A DNA stretch of 64,000 bases from Nanobdellota archaeon (GCA_042577865.1 JBHPDN010000003.1:786-64785); one strand, 5' to 3'. Positions 1 through 10,051 are shown, counted from the stretch's first letter. The notes: generated from the letters alone by a model not told the origin. Numbers and translations: made by a program.

Positions 1-1226
1 GTATTGGCGTCCTTTAAACTACAAACATTTCTGGCAAATTCAACAACAGCCAATTGCATACCATAACAAAGACCTAAGAATGGAATTTTATTTTCCCTAC
101 AATATTGAATGGCTTTGATTTTACCTTCTACTCCACTACTACCAAAGCCGCCTGGGATGATAATGCCATCCATTTCCCTGAGTCTTTCTAATTTTTCTGG
201 ATTTTGTTCAAAATCTTTGGAATCAATCCAGACAATATCAGTTTTAGCCTGAAGATTAGCAGCAGCGTGTTCGAGGCTTTCTCTGATAGAAATATAAGAA
301 TCTTCTAAAGTAAAATTACCTATATCAAGATATTTTCCAACAATTCCAATCTTAATATGGTGCTGGGGATGAAGAACATTATTGACAAGTTCGGTCCATT
401 CTGACCAGTCAGGTTGTTTTAAAGGTTTTATTTCTAATTTTTTGAGAATTTTTTCGCCAAGTTTTTCTTTTTCTAAATTCAAAGGAACAAGATAAATGCT
501 TTCGATGTCAGGAGCACTGATGACATATTCACTGCCAATATTAGCGTAGGTTTCAATTTTCTTTTTTCTAGGTGCATCTAATGGTTCTCTAGCCCGGCAG
601 AGAATGAAATCCGGGAAGATAGTGTTTTCAGAAAGCATTTTGATGGCCTGCTGAGTCGGTTTAGTTTTGGCTTCATTAATATGAGAAGGAACCGGAAGAT
701 AGGTGATAAGAACATGAAGAACATTTTCTTTGCCGAGATCTTTTTCCAGACTTTTGGCAGCGAAAAGGAAAGGAATATTTTCATAATCTCCAATAGTTCC
801 TCCAATTTCAATAGTGACTATATCAAAACCTTTGCCAGCTTCAATAATCCTTCTTTTGACTTCTTCTGGAACATGTGGAATAAATTGGACTGTTTTTCCC
901 AAATAATGTCCGGAACGTTCTTTTTTGATAATGCTGTCATAAACCTGGCCAGTAGTAATATTATTGAATTTAGGAACATCTAAAGCAAGAAAGCGCTCAT
1001 AATTGCCAAGGTCTTGATCAATTTCCCCGCCATCGTCGGTAACCCAAACTTCACCGTGTTCAGTAGGCCTCATAGTTCCAGCATCATAATTGATGTAGGG
1101 ATCAATCTTAATAGCAGTAACACTGTAACCATAATTTTGGAGTATTTTTCCTATAGAAGCAGTGGCCACACCTTTGCCAACACCTGAGATAACACCTCCA
1201 ACAACGAAGATGTATTTTGTTTGCAT
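1..1226 (-). CDS. pyrG: CTP synthase, N-terminal ~408 aa; the gene runs off the left edge and is absent from the supplied ORF track
   Basis: Hand translation of the minus strand from the ATG at 1224-1226 gives MQTKYIFVVGGVISGVGKGVATASIGKIL...DPYINYDAGTMRPTEHGEVWVTDDGGE and later GLCYGMQLAVVEFARNV (amidotransferase Cys motif). The frame stays open to position 1. Confidence 0.9.
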   Translation of the reverse strand, partial: MQTKYIFVVGGVISGVGKGVATASIGKILQNYGYSVTAIKIDPYINYDAGTMRPTEHGEVWVTDDGGEIDQDLGNYERFLALDVPKFNNITTGQVYDSIIKKERSGHYLGKTVQFIPHVPEEVKRRIIEAGKGFDIVTIEIGGTIGDYENIPFLFAAKSLEKDLGKENVLHVLITYLPVPSHINEAKTKPTQQAIKMLSENTIFPDFILCRAREPLDAPRKKKIETYANIGSEYVISAPDIESIYLVPLNLEKEKLGEKILKKLEIKPLKQPDWSEWTELVNNVLHPQHHIKIGIVGKYLDIGNFTLEDSYISIRESLEHAAANLQAKTDIVWIDSKDFEQNPEKLERLREMDGIIIPGGFGSSGVEGKIKAIQYCRENKIPFLGLCYGMQLAVVEFARNVCSLKDAN

Positions 1227-1305
1227 AAAAAAAGGAAATGATGACTCTTTAAATAGATTATTATTGGAGAAAATATAGTTTTTATTTGTGGTTATTTGTG
1301 GGGAT

Positions 1306-2022
1306 TTAAGACATAATACCAAGCTGGTGTAGAATGAGGCGCTCAGCAGCCTTGACTAAATCATCTTCCTCTCCTTTGATAACAGCACAATTGTCATTGA
1401 GTTCAATAGCCGGTCCGGGTTCGTATTTAAAATAAATAACTGGTTTTTTGGTGTTATTGCAGGTAATAACTTCTGTATTATTGCCACAGAGATCTGGAGC
1501 GTATTGGTCACAAGCAGGGACTGGCTTTTTTTTCATGGCCTTGGCCATGCTTTGAGCTACTTCACTGATTGACAAAGTGATGTACTTCATCTTTTCCCCT
1601 GGTTCATGCGGATTGAAAGTAAAATAAACTTCGTTGGTGTCTGATGAATGGTTGAGGGATCCTGAGACAGTGACATCTTCCAGATCTTGGGGAGTGTAGT
1701 GCAAGGGGATTTCATAAATGGCATCAACTGAACTGACCCGAGTATACCACAAGGTTTCTACTTTGACAAAAGAATAACCATTGTAAATTATGCCCTGGGT
1801 TTCGTCAAGTTTATTATCGGCATTGAGACGATGAAGATCGTCAAGAGTAAGAACTTCCGGGGTAGAAGGGATGATAAATTTTAAGGAGAGGATGAGAATA
1901 AAGATGGCAACGATGATACCAGCAATAATAAGAAAGTTCCTGATGTGGTTAGTCTTTTTTTGTTCTTCTTCATCTGCTACTTTTTCTATCTTGATTTCTT
2001 CATCCATTGATAACACCTGCAA
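1306..2022 (-). CDS. Hypothetical membrane-anchored protein, paralog of 2000..2572
   Basis: One N-terminal TM helix (FLIIAGIIVAIFILILSLKFII). The ectodomain aligns with the neighbour (YNGYSF..LW, DLEDV, VITCNN...NDNCAVIKGEEDDL..AERLI). It overlaps the upstream gene by 23 nt. Confidence 0.6.
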   Translation of the reverse strand: MQVLSMDEEIKIEKVADEEEQKKTNHIRNFLIIAGIIVAIFILILSLKFIIPSTPEVLTLDDLHRLNADNKLDETQGIIYNGYSFVKVETLWYTRVSSVDAIYEIPLHYTPQDLEDVTVSGSLNHSSDTNEVYFTFNPHEPGEKMKYITLSISEVAQSMAKAMKKKPVPACDQYAPDLCGNNTEVITCNNTKKPVIYFKYEPGPAIELNDNCAVIKGEEDDLVKAAERLILHQLGIMS

Positions 2023-2572
2023 GTGTGTAAATTATTCTTTCAGTCATTTTAAGAAAATCTTCCTCTTCCTGAACCTTGATGTAAAGACAGTGATCTTGGA
2101 GATTTATTTCTGATTGGTTGTTTTCTTGATAAATAACAACAGGAGTGGACGAGGTAGCGTTTTGGCAAGTGATGACAGGCAATTGATAATCATCTGATTC
2201 TTGAGTGATACCATTAACAGGATAAGTGTTAAGGAATTTAAATGAGAAATCACTTAACTTGAGTCTGGAGAGATCAAGGTACTCTGATTTTATTTCCGGG
2301 TCAAAGGAAATGTAAATTTGAGGTGATTTGAGGAGTTCTAGATTGGGTGTATTAATATCTTCTAATTCTGAAGGATGAAAATGAGAAATGAGGGGCTGGT
2401 CATTAATTTCAGTAGCCCAAAGATTTCTGGCGCTCTGGAATTCAAAACCATTGTAATCAAACTGTTTTCTTTCTGACATATTAGAAGCAACAATAGCAAA
2501 ACCACTAAAAATCATCAAAGCAATAATAAAAATGGCAAAGTAGACTGGTTTTCTTGATTTTTTCTTCTTCAT
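2000..2572 (-). CDS. Hypothetical membrane-anchored protein, paralog of 1306..2022
   Basis: N-terminal TM helix (VYFAIFIIALMIFSGFAIVA). Shared motifs YNGFEF..LW, ELEDI, VITCQN...QDHCLYIKVQEEEDF..TERII. It overlaps the radical SAM gene stop by 4 nt. Confidence 0.6.
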   Translation of the reverse strand: MKKKKSRKPVYFAIFIIALMIFSGFAIVASNMSERKQFDYNGFEFQSARNLWATEINDQPLISHFHPSELEDINTPNLELLKSPQIYISFDPEIKSEYLDLSRLKLSDFSFKFLNTYPVNGITQESDDYQLPVITCQNATSSTPVVIYQENNQSEINLQDHCLYIKVQEEEDFLKMTERIIYTLAGVING

Positions 2573-3549
2573 TTTGACATCTTTTTTAGATAATGGTTTA
2601 AAGTAATCTTTACCTGGTCTTTTAAATCTTTTTCTATATTTAACTGGTCTATTTGTTTATGCCAGTCTATTTTTGGAAGTTTGGTGAGCGTCGAGGTAAA
2701 GGTTCTTAAAGGTTTGATCTGTTTTTCAATTGATTTGGCTTCTGGGGAATTAAAAATTTTGGTAGCAGGAAATTTAGTGAAGGCATTGGCACCGGCTTTG
2801 ATTAAGGTTTTAACTTCTTTGTATCTTTGTGCGGTGGTGCCGGCAATAATTTCAAGTTTAGGAAATCGGATTCTGGTTTTGGCAATCCATTCAGCATAAT
2901 AATCAGTTTCAGGACCTTTTTTGTAAGGGGTACCTTGAACTGGTTTAAGAGCATAAAAAGTAATTCTGTCTAATTGGTGTTCTTCTATAAAATTATGGAG
3001 TTCTTCTAGGTGTTCTGGTTTTTCCCCCAATCCAATAACAATAGTGATTGATTTTTGAAAATCTTTAGCTTTTTTGAGCATCTGACTGTAAGGTTCGATG
3101 GGTTTGTCAGGACAGACTTGGTCATGAAGGGGTTTGTTGATGGTTTCAATAGAAGCAACAATACCCTTGACGTAAGGTTTTAACTGTTGGAGTTCTTTTG
3201 GTGTTAACTGCCCTAAGTTGACCCAAATTTTCTCTCCGTAAACTTCTTTGACAGTTTTAGCTATATGGACAATTTCTTTGAAGGGAAAAATCTTGTAGCC
3301 TCCAGTAAGGAATTCAATACGCCAGCCAAGATTTTTGCAGAGAAGGGCTTCGGTAATGATTGAAGGCAAGGAACGACGGGCTTTTTGGGCGTGTTTGATT
3401 TTGTGTTTGATAGTTGATCTGAAGCAGAACTTGCAAGTGCCAAGTTCACAGTACCAACTAAGGAAGATGCATCGGCCATACCAAACTTTGTTTGGAAAAT
3501 TTTCTTTGAAAGTTTTGTTGGCTTGGTTTAAGAGTTGATTGAAAGTCAT
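2569..3549 (-). CDS. Radical SAM protein (BioB/ThiH/HydE-like core) with a C-x4-C-x2-C cluster motif
   Basis: WYCELGTCKFCF cysteine triad, LTGGY and an IGLGE-type TIM-barrel pattern. Start moved to M21 (MTFNQLL, ATG at 3549) because the longer ORF would run into the tRNA at 3558-3630. Confidence 0.75.
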   Translation of the reverse strand: MTFNQLLNQANKTFKENFPNKVWYGRCIFLSWYCELGTCKFCFRSTIKHKIKHAQKARRSLPSIITEALLCKNLGWRIEFLTGGYKIFPFKEIVHIAKTVKEVYGEKIWVNLGQLTPKELQQLKPYVKGIVASIETINKPLHDQVCPDKPIEPYSQMLKKAKDFQKSITIVIGLGEKPEHLEELHNFIEEHQLDRITFYALKPVQGTPYKKGPETDYYAEWIAKTRIRFPKLEIIAGTTAQRYKEVKTLIKAGANAFTKFPATKIFNSPEAKSIEKQIKPLRTFTSTLTKLPKIDWHKQIDQLNIEKDLKDQVKITLNHYLKKMSK

Positions 3550-3557
3550 TTTAATAA

Positions 3558-3630
3558 AGCCTCTGAGGGGAATTGCACCCCCGACCTGCTGCTTACGAGG
3601 CAGCCGCAATAGCTACTATGCTACAGAGGC
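3558..3630 (-). tRNA. tRNA-Thr (anticodon CGU), no intron
   Basis: The reverse complement folds as a cloverleaf: acceptor GCCTCTG/CAGAGGC, anticodon arm GCTGC-CTCGTAA-GCAGC, T arm GGGGG-TGCAATT-CCCCT. Total 73 nt. Confidence 0.8.
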
Positions 3631-3789
3631 TTAAATTTTACTCAAGATTTCTTCCTTGGTTTGGTGTTGCTTTTGACAATCCTGGCAGATATAATGTGGT
3701 TTGTTGCTGCCGGGTTTTTTGATGATAGTTCCTTTGATTTTTTTAAGGAAGATTTCCTGGATTTTGTTTTTGCAAATTTCGCATTTCAT
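3631..3789 (-). CDS. Small zinc-ribbon protein (52 aa), below the ORF-track size cutoff
   Basis: Hand translation gives MKCEICKNKIQEIFLKKIKGTIIKKPGSNKPHYICQDCQKQHQTKEEILSKI*, with two CxxC pairs. TTTATAAACCAACCTCC lies 22 nt upstream of the ATG, matching the promoter core seen elsewhere in the window (leaderless layout). Confidence 0.5.
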   Translation of the reverse strand: MKCEICKNKIQEIFLKKIKGTIIKKPGSNKPHYICQDCQKQHQTKEEILSKI

Positions 3790-3869
3790 AAGGTTTTATT
3801 TTGGAGGTTGGTTTATAAATTTATTGAAAAAACAAAAACAATATAAACAGAAAAAAGAAGTTAAGAAAT

Positions 3870-5636
3870 ATGGCTAAAAGGATAGCAATTGTGGAGAGGC
3901 AGAAATGTTCCCCAATAAAGTGTGGTAATTATCTATGCGCTAAACTGTGTCCAGTGAACAGGACAGGTGAAGAATGTATCACGCCTGGTGAAGAGGACAA
4001 AAAGGCGAGGATAGATGAAAGACTCTGTACAGGCTGCGGGATTTGTCCAAAAAGATGTCCGTTTGGAGCGATTCATATTATCAATCTGCCAGAAGCATTA
4101 AAACAAGAACCAATTCACCGTTATGGCGAAAACCAGTTTGAACTATTTTCTTTGCCAACACCAGTTTTTGGAAAAGTAGTGGGAATTGTGGGTAAGAATG
4201 CGGTAGGTAAGTCGACGGCGATAAAGATTTTGGCAGGGGTTTTAAAACCTAATCTGGGTAAATTAGGTGGGGAAGCTTCTCATGAGGATTTGATTGAATA
4301 TTTTAAAGGAACAGAGACACAGGCTTTTTTTGAAAAAATTAAGGAAGGGAAGATTGAAATTGCCTTTAAGCCGCAACAAGTTGATTTGATTCCAAAGAAA
4401 TTTGCCGGCAAGGTTGGTGATTTGCTGAGAGGGGTGGATGAAATAAATGGTATGGCCAAAATTGTAGAAGAATTAGAATTAAGTCATATTTTGGACAGAA
4501 AACTAAAGGAGATTTCTGGTGGTGAGATGCAGAGAGTAGCGATTGCCGCAACAGTCCTGAAAAAAGCCAATTTGTATATTTTTGACGAACCAACTTCTTA
4601 TATGGATATTAAGCAAAGGTTGAAGGTGAGCAAATTTATTCGCTCCTTGGCAACACCTGAAACTGCAGTATTAGTAATTGAACACGATTTGATTATTTTA
4701 GATTATATGACTGATTTAGTTCATATTATGTATGGTAATGAAGGGTGTTATGGGATTGTTTCTGGTTTGAAAAGCACTAGGGAAGGAATAAATACTTTTT
4801 TAGGAGGATATTTACGCGAGGAAAATATCAGATTTAGGGACGCACCAATCAAATTTGAAAAACATGCAATCATGGAGAAAAAAGATTTGGGTGTAGCTTT
4901 GTGCTCCTGGAAAGATATAGAAATACAATTAAAAGATTTTAGTTTAAAGGCTCCAAAAGGTGAGATTTTCAAAGATGATGTGATTGGAGTGATGGGAGAG
5001 AATGGAATTGGAAAAACATCTTTTGTTAAAATCTTGGCCGGAGTTTTGAAACAAGACAAAGGTGAAGTGAGTAAAGAGATTAGGGTTTCTTACAAGCCGC
5101 AGTATTTGGAAGGAGAGAGTGAAGAGGTAGTGGTGGATGTCCTTAAAGACGCAATTTCCAAATTCAATAATCAAATAATCAAGCCGTTACATATTCCTCG
5201 ATTATTTACAAAAAAATTAAATCAATTAAGCGGCGGTGAGCTACAGAGAGTGGCGATTGCCCAAGCTTTGTCGCAGGAAGCTAATCTATTTCTATTAGAC
5301 GAACCGTCTGCCTATCTGGATGTTGAGCAAAGACTGATTATTTCTAAAATTATCAAACAAGTGGCTGAAGAAAGAGGGGTCACGGTGTTGGTAGTAGATC
5401 ATGATTTATTATTTTTAGATTATCTTTCTAACAAACTGTTGGTGTTTGAAGGGGAGCCGGCTGTTTCTGGTGAAGCCAAAGGTCCGTTCAAGATGGAAGA
5501 CGGCATGAATCTTTTTTTGAAAGATTTAGGGATTACTTTTAGAAGGGATCATGACAGCAACCGCCCCCGGGCAAACAAAGTTAGTTCTGTAAAAGATAGA
5601 GAGCAAAAGAAGGAAGGCAAGTACTATTATATCTGA
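3870..5636 (+). CDS. ABCE1 / RNase L inhibitor-type ribosome recycling ATPase
   Basis: N-terminal 2x[4Fe-4S] ferredoxin Cys pattern (CxxCxxCxxxCP) followed by two ABC cassettes (GKNAVGKST, LSGGEMQR; GENGIGKTS, LSGGELQR). Confidence 0.95.
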   Translation: MAKRIAIVERQKCSPIKCGNYLCAKLCPVNRTGEECITPGEEDKKARIDERLCTGCGICPKRCPFGAIHIINLPEALKQEPIHRYGENQFELFSLPTPVFGKVVGIVGKNAVGKSTAIKILAGVLKPNLGKLGGEASHEDLIEYFKGTETQAFFEKIKEGKIEIAFKPQQVDLIPKKFAGKVGDLLRGVDEINGMAKIVEELELSHILDRKLKEISGGEMQRVAIAATVLKKANLYIFDEPTSYMDIKQRLKVSKFIRSLATPETAVLVIEHDLIILDYMTDLVHIMYGNEGCYGIVSGLKSTREGINTFLGGYLREENIRFRDAPIKFEKHAIMEKKDLGVALCSWKDIEIQLKDFSLKAPKGEIFKDDVIGVMGENGIGKTSFVKILAGVLKQDKGEVSKEIRVSYKPQYLEGESEEVVVDVLKDAISKFNNQIIKPLHIPRLFTKKLNQLSGGELQRVAIAQALSQEANLFLLDEPSAYLDVEQRLIISKIIKQVAEERGVTVLVVDHDLLFLDYLSNKLLVFEGEPAVSGEAKGPFKMEDGMNLFLKDLGITFRRDHDSNRPRANKVSSVKDREQKKEGKYYYI

Positions 5637-5684
5637 ACTCTAGTTTAGTAATGCTTATATATGAAGATTTTTTAGGATTTAAAA

Positions 5685-7448
5685 ATGTGTGGGATTATAG
5701 GCTATAAAGGACAGAAAGACGCAGTCAAAATTGTATTGAATGGATTGAAAAGACTAGAGTACAGAGGATATGACAGTTGGGGCATTGCAGTCAAGGACGG
5801 CAATATCAGAACAGCCAAAGAAGTGGGTAAGATTGGAGCTGTTTCTTATGATGATTTAAAATTAGGCGCGAGCAATATGGCCATGGCCCATACCAGATGG
5901 GCAACCCATGGTGAAGTCAATGAGTTTAATGCTCACCCTCATCTGTCTAATGATAAAAAAATTGCAGTAGTGCACAATGGAATCATTGAAAATTATGCCG
6001 AGCTGAAAAATTTTTTGAAAAACGATGGTTTTGAATTTTTTTCCGGGACAGATACGGAAGTAATTCCCAATTTAATTGAACATTTTTTGCATGAAGGTTA
6101 TGGTTTTAAGAAAGCAATTTTTGAAACCTTGAACAGATTGAAAGGAAATTATGCAGTGGTTATTTTTCACCAGGACTTTCCTTTTTTGGTGGGGGCAAGA
6201 AAAGGCTCTCCATTAGTGGTGGGCAAGAATACAGAAGGTTTTTTTATTGCTTCTGACGTGCCGGCTTTTCTGGATTTAACAAACGAAGTTTGCTACATGG
6301 ATGATGGTGAAGCAGTTTTTGTTGATGAAAACCTTGAGTTTTTTGATTTAGAGAAAAACAAGCTGGAAAAGAAATTTGAATTTATTGACTGGACAATTGA
6401 ACAGGCCCAAAAAGGCAATTATAATCATTTCATGCTGAAGGAAATTATAGAGCAAAAAGAAACCATCAGAAAATCGATTGAACAGGATGATGAAAAACTG
6501 AAGGAAATGGCGAAGTTGATTAATGAAGCTAAAGGAACTTTTTTTGTGGCCTGCGGAACAGCAAGTTATGCTACGAGAGTGGGTGGTTATCTGTTTTCCA
6601 AAATGGCTAAAAAACATGTCAATGTGGTTTGCGGTTCTGAGTTTGCCAATTACAAACATTTTTTGACACCAGAAACTTTGATGGTGGTAGTTTCACAGAG
6701 CGGGGAAACAGCTGATACAATTGAGGCAGTGAAGGCAGCTAAGGAAAAAGGCGTCAAAGTTCTGTCAATTGTCAATGTGATGGGTTCTACTTTAATGAGA
6801 ATGGCGGACCATTCTTTTTTAACCAATGCCGGGCCGGAAATCGGAGTGGCTTCAACCAAAGCAACAACTGCCCAGATTGCTGTACTAATGCTACTGGCTT
6901 ATGGCTGTGACGGAAGACTAGAAGAAGGCAAAGATGTTTTAGACAGATGTATTGAAGAGTCCCAGTATATTTTTGAAGACAAGTTTTTGAAGATAATTGA
7001 AAATTTAGCTGACAAGATTGTTGGCTACAATGACATTTATGTGATTGGTAGAGGAACTAATTTTCCGGTGGCCTTAGAGGCAGCACATAAAATCAAAGAA
7101 GTTTCATATATTCACGCAGAAGGTATGGCGGGCGGTGAATTAAAACACGGAACCATTGCCTTGATTGACAAAGGTACGCCCTGTATTGTTTTAGTTTCCA
7201 ATGATGAGTGTAAGGGTGATATTATCAACAACGCCATGGAAATTAAATCAAGAGGAGGATTTATTATTGGAATAGGTCCTGAAGACAATGAAACTTTTGA
7301 TTATTTTATCAAAGTGCCTGATATAAACGGCGCTTCTTCAATAGTTAATTTAATTCCGGCCCAGATGCTGGCTTATTATTTAGCTGTGAAAAGGAATTGT
7401 GATCCAGACAAACCTCGGAATTTAGCTAAATCGGTGACAGTGAAATGA
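5685..7448 (+). CDS. glmS: Glutamine--fructose-6-phosphate aminotransferase
   Basis: MCGIIGY N-terminal nucleophile, two SIS domains, C-terminal ...LAKSVTVK. Confidence 0.95.
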   Translation: MCGIIGYKGQKDAVKIVLNGLKRLEYRGYDSWGIAVKDGNIRTAKEVGKIGAVSYDDLKLGASNMAMAHTRWATHGEVNEFNAHPHLSNDKKIAVVHNGIIENYAELKNFLKNDGFEFFSGTDTEVIPNLIEHFLHEGYGFKKAIFETLNRLKGNYAVVIFHQDFPFLVGARKGSPLVVGKNTEGFFIASDVPAFLDLTNEVCYMDDGEAVFVDENLEFFDLEKNKLEKKFEFIDWTIEQAQKGNYNHFMLKEIIEQKETIRKSIEQDDEKLKEMAKLINEAKGTFFVACGTASYATRVGGYLFSKMAKKHVNVVCGSEFANYKHFLTPETLMVVVSQSGETADTIEAVKAAKEKGVKVLSIVNVMGSTLMRMADHSFLTNAGPEIGVASTKATTAQIAVLMLLAYGCDGRLEEGKDVLDRCIEESQYIFEDKFLKIIENLADKIVGYNDIYVIGRGTNFPVALEAAHKIKEVSYIHAEGMAGGELKHGTIALIDKGTPCIVLVSNDECKGDIINNAMEIKSRGGFIIGIGPEDNETFDYFIKVPDINGASSIVNLIPAQMLAYYLAVKRNCDPDKPRNLAKSVTVK

Positions 7449-8788
7449 GAAAACTATTTGGAACTGATGGTATTAGAGGAAAAGTGAATGTTTATCCGAT
7501 GACTATAGAAGTAGTAATGAAAATTGGCCAGGCGGCAGGTCTGGTTTTTAAGAATGGAAATCGGAAGAGCAAGATTGTGATTGGGAAGGATACGCGGCTG
7601 AGTGGTTATATGATTGAAAATGCTTTAGCAACAGGGTTGCTGTCAACCGGTGCTGAAGTTTATTTTGTAGGCCCGATGCCAACACCAGCAATTGCCCATA
7701 TCACTAAATCATTTGCAGCTGACGCCGGAATTGTAATTTCTGCATCCCATAATCCTTATGAAGACAATGGGATTAAATTTTTTGACAGCAATGGATTCAA
7801 GCTGCCAGATGAAGTTGAAGAAAGAATGGAGCAGCTGGCCTTGGGGGAAATCAAAACTGATAATGTGGTTGGTGAAATGGTGGGTAAGGCGCACCGAATT
7901 AATGATGCCAGCGGCAGGTATATTGAATTTGCCAAGAATTCGATTGGTAACATGAGTCTGAAAGGTTTGAAGATTGTTCTTGACTGCGCTAACGGAGCAA
8001 CTTATAATGTAACTAAATATATTTTAGGTGAGTTAGGTGCAGAAGTTATTTTGAGAAATGTTAATCCAGACGGCAAAAATATCAATGAAAAGTGCGGAGC
8101 CATGCATCCTGAACTGTTGAAGAATGATGTCTTGATTGAGAAAGCTGATTTGGCGATTGCTTTGGATGGTGACGGCGACAGAGTGATTATGCTAGATGAA
8201 AAAGGAGAAGTGGTCTGTGGAGACAGTCTTATGGCGATTGCGGCTTTGGAAATGCTGAAAAAAGGGAAATTGAAGAAGAATACTTTGGTGGTGACTGGTT
8301 ATAGTAACATGGGTTTGATTAAGGCGATTGAGGGGGCTGGCGGCCAAGTGGTGAGAGTTAAGAACGGCGACAGGTATGTGGTTGAAGAGATGAGAAGAGA
8401 AGGGTACAACTTGGGTGGTGAGCAATCAGGCCATATCATATTTTTGGATTATACAACAACAGGTGACGGAACTATTTCTGCTTTGCAGATTTTGAGAATA
8501 ATGAAGGAGAATGGTAAGAAACTTTCAGAGCTGGCTTCAGTGATGAAGAAATTTCCCCAAGTGATTTTGAATGTTGAAGTTTCTAAGAAAAAACCTCTTG
8601 AAGAGATGCCTGGTTTGCAGCTGAAAGTGAATGATTTGAATTCCAAGTTATCCGGACGCGGTAGATTGCTGGTAAGATACTCTGGGACGCAAAATATATT
8701 AAGGATAATGATTGAAGGAGAGGATGAAGTGGAGATAAGTAACTATGCTGAAGAGATTGCTGAAGAAGTTAGGAAGGAAATCGGATAA
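7445..8788 (+). CDS. glmM: Phosphoglucosamine mutase (alpha-D-phosphohexomutase family)
   Basis: FGTDGIRG, SASHNP (active Ser), DGDGDR and GEQSGH motifs. 4-nt overlap with glmS. Confidence 0.9.
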   Translation: MRKLFGTDGIRGKVNVYPMTIEVVMKIGQAAGLVFKNGNRKSKIVIGKDTRLSGYMIENALATGLLSTGAEVYFVGPMPTPAIAHITKSFAADAGIVISASHNPYEDNGIKFFDSNGFKLPDEVEERMEQLALGEIKTDNVVGEMVGKAHRINDASGRYIEFAKNSIGNMSLKGLKIVLDCANGATYNVTKYILGELGAEVILRNVNPDGKNINEKCGAMHPELLKNDVLIEKADLAIALDGDGDRVIMLDEKGEVVCGDSLMAIAALEMLKKGKLKKNTLVVTGYSNMGLIKAIEGAGGQVVRVKNGDRYVVEEMRREGYNLGGEQSGHIIFLDYTTTGDGTISALQILRIMKENGKKLSELASVMKKFPQVILNVEVSKKKPLEEMPGLQLKVNDLNSKLSGRGRLLVRYSGTQNILRIMIEGEDEVEISNYAEEIAEEVRKEIG

Positions 8789-8789
8789 A

Positions 8790-9974
8790 ATGCAAGGTGT
8801 TATTTTAGCGGCAGGGAAAGGGACCAGAATGGAACCCTTGACTTTGACTAGACCTAAGGTTCTTTTGAAGGTAGCTGGTCGGACAATGCTGGAACATAAT
8901 TTAGACCAATTAGTAGGAATTGTTTCTGAGGTTTTGATTGTGGTTGGTTATAAAGGCGAGATGATTCGCAAGGCGATTGGTGATAATTTTAAAGGCATGA
9001 AGATTAAATATGTTTGGCAGAAAGTTCAGAACGGTCCGGGTGGAGCTTTGATGTTGTGTCAGAAACATTTGAAAGATAAGTTTGTGGTTTTGAACGGTGA
9101 TGATTTTTATTCTAAGAAAGATATTAAAAAATGTTTGAAGTTTAAGTATTGTGTGATGGGTGCCAAGGTTAAGTCACCAGAAAAATGGGGAATTTTTACT
9201 GTTAAAGGCAAGAAGGTTGTTCATTTTATTGAAAAATCCCGAACAGTTAAATCACGCTGGGCAAATATTGGAATCTATGTCTTTGATGTTGAAGTTTTTA
9301 ATTATAAGTTGAAGAAGTCTAAACGTAATGAATATGAAATTACAGATTATGTTTCTTATTTGATTAAGAATTCAGAAGTCAATTTTGAGGAAGTTTCTGA
9401 TTTCTGGCTACCAATTGGCTATCCTTGGAATATCATTGAAGCAAATGAGTTCTTTTTGAAGAAAACTAAGAGGGAAATTAAAGGTAAGGTGGAATCAGGA
9501 GCAACAGTCAAGGGTGCAGTAGTTATTGGTAAGGGAACTACAGTTTTGAGCGGCTCATATATTGAAGGGCCGGTGGTGATTGGTTCTGATTGTAAAATCG
9601 GTCCGAATTGTTATATTCGGCCTTCGACAACACTAGGTAATAATTGTAAAGTGGGCAATGCAGTTGAAGTGAAGAACTGTGTTTTGTTTGATGATGTTTC
9701 TATAGGCCATTTGTCTTATATGGGTGATTCAGTGATTGGTTCTGGAGTTAATCTAGCTGGCGGGACAATTGTAGCTAACCTAAGACATGACGGCGGCAAT
9801 GTCAAAATGATGATTAAGAAAGATTTGGTTGATTCTGGCCGGCGTAAATTAGGGACAATTATTGGTGATGGTGTCAAGACAGGGATTAATACTCAGATTT
9901 ATCCTGGGCGTAAATTATGGCCTAAAGTTAAGACTGTGCCAAGTGAGATTGTTCAGAAGGACAAGGTTAAGTAA
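8790..9974 (+). CDS. Bifunctional sugar-1-phosphate nucleotidyltransferase/acetyltransferase (archaeal GlmU-like)
   Basis: LAAGKGTRM nucleotidyltransferase motif followed by left-handed beta-helix hexapeptide repeats. Start set at MQGVILAAG (ATG 8790), just after the glmM stop. Confidence 0.8.
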   Translation: MQGVILAAGKGTRMEPLTLTRPKVLLKVAGRTMLEHNLDQLVGIVSEVLIVVGYKGEMIRKAIGDNFKGMKIKYVWQKVQNGPGGALMLCQKHLKDKFVVLNGDDFYSKKDIKKCLKFKYCVMGAKVKSPEKWGIFTVKGKKVVHFIEKSRTVKSRWANIGIYVFDVEVFNYKLKKSKRNEYEITDYVSYLIKNSEVNFEEVSDFWLPIGYPWNIIEANEFFLKKTKREIKGKVESGATVKGAVVIGKGTTVLSGSYIEGPVVIGSDCKIGPNCYIRPSTTLGNNCKVGNAVEVKNCVLFDDVSIGHLSYMGDSVIGSGVNLAGGTIVANLRHDGGNVKMMIKKDLVDSGRRKLGTIIGDGVKTGINTQIYPGRKLWPKVKTVPSEIVQKDKVK

Positions 9975-10051
9975 AGCAACGAAAAACAAGTTTTTCTGGG
10001 GTTTTTAGCAAAAACCTTTTTAAACTCTGGTTGTTTCTTTTTAATTGAAAA

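Noticed and set aside
5685-9974. glmS-glmM-glmU-like genes and gyrA as a sign of a bacterial contig or chimeric assembly
   Set aside because: They are embedded between unmistakably archaeal genes with the same composition, promoter style and overlapping-gene architecture. These pathways are known in archaea.
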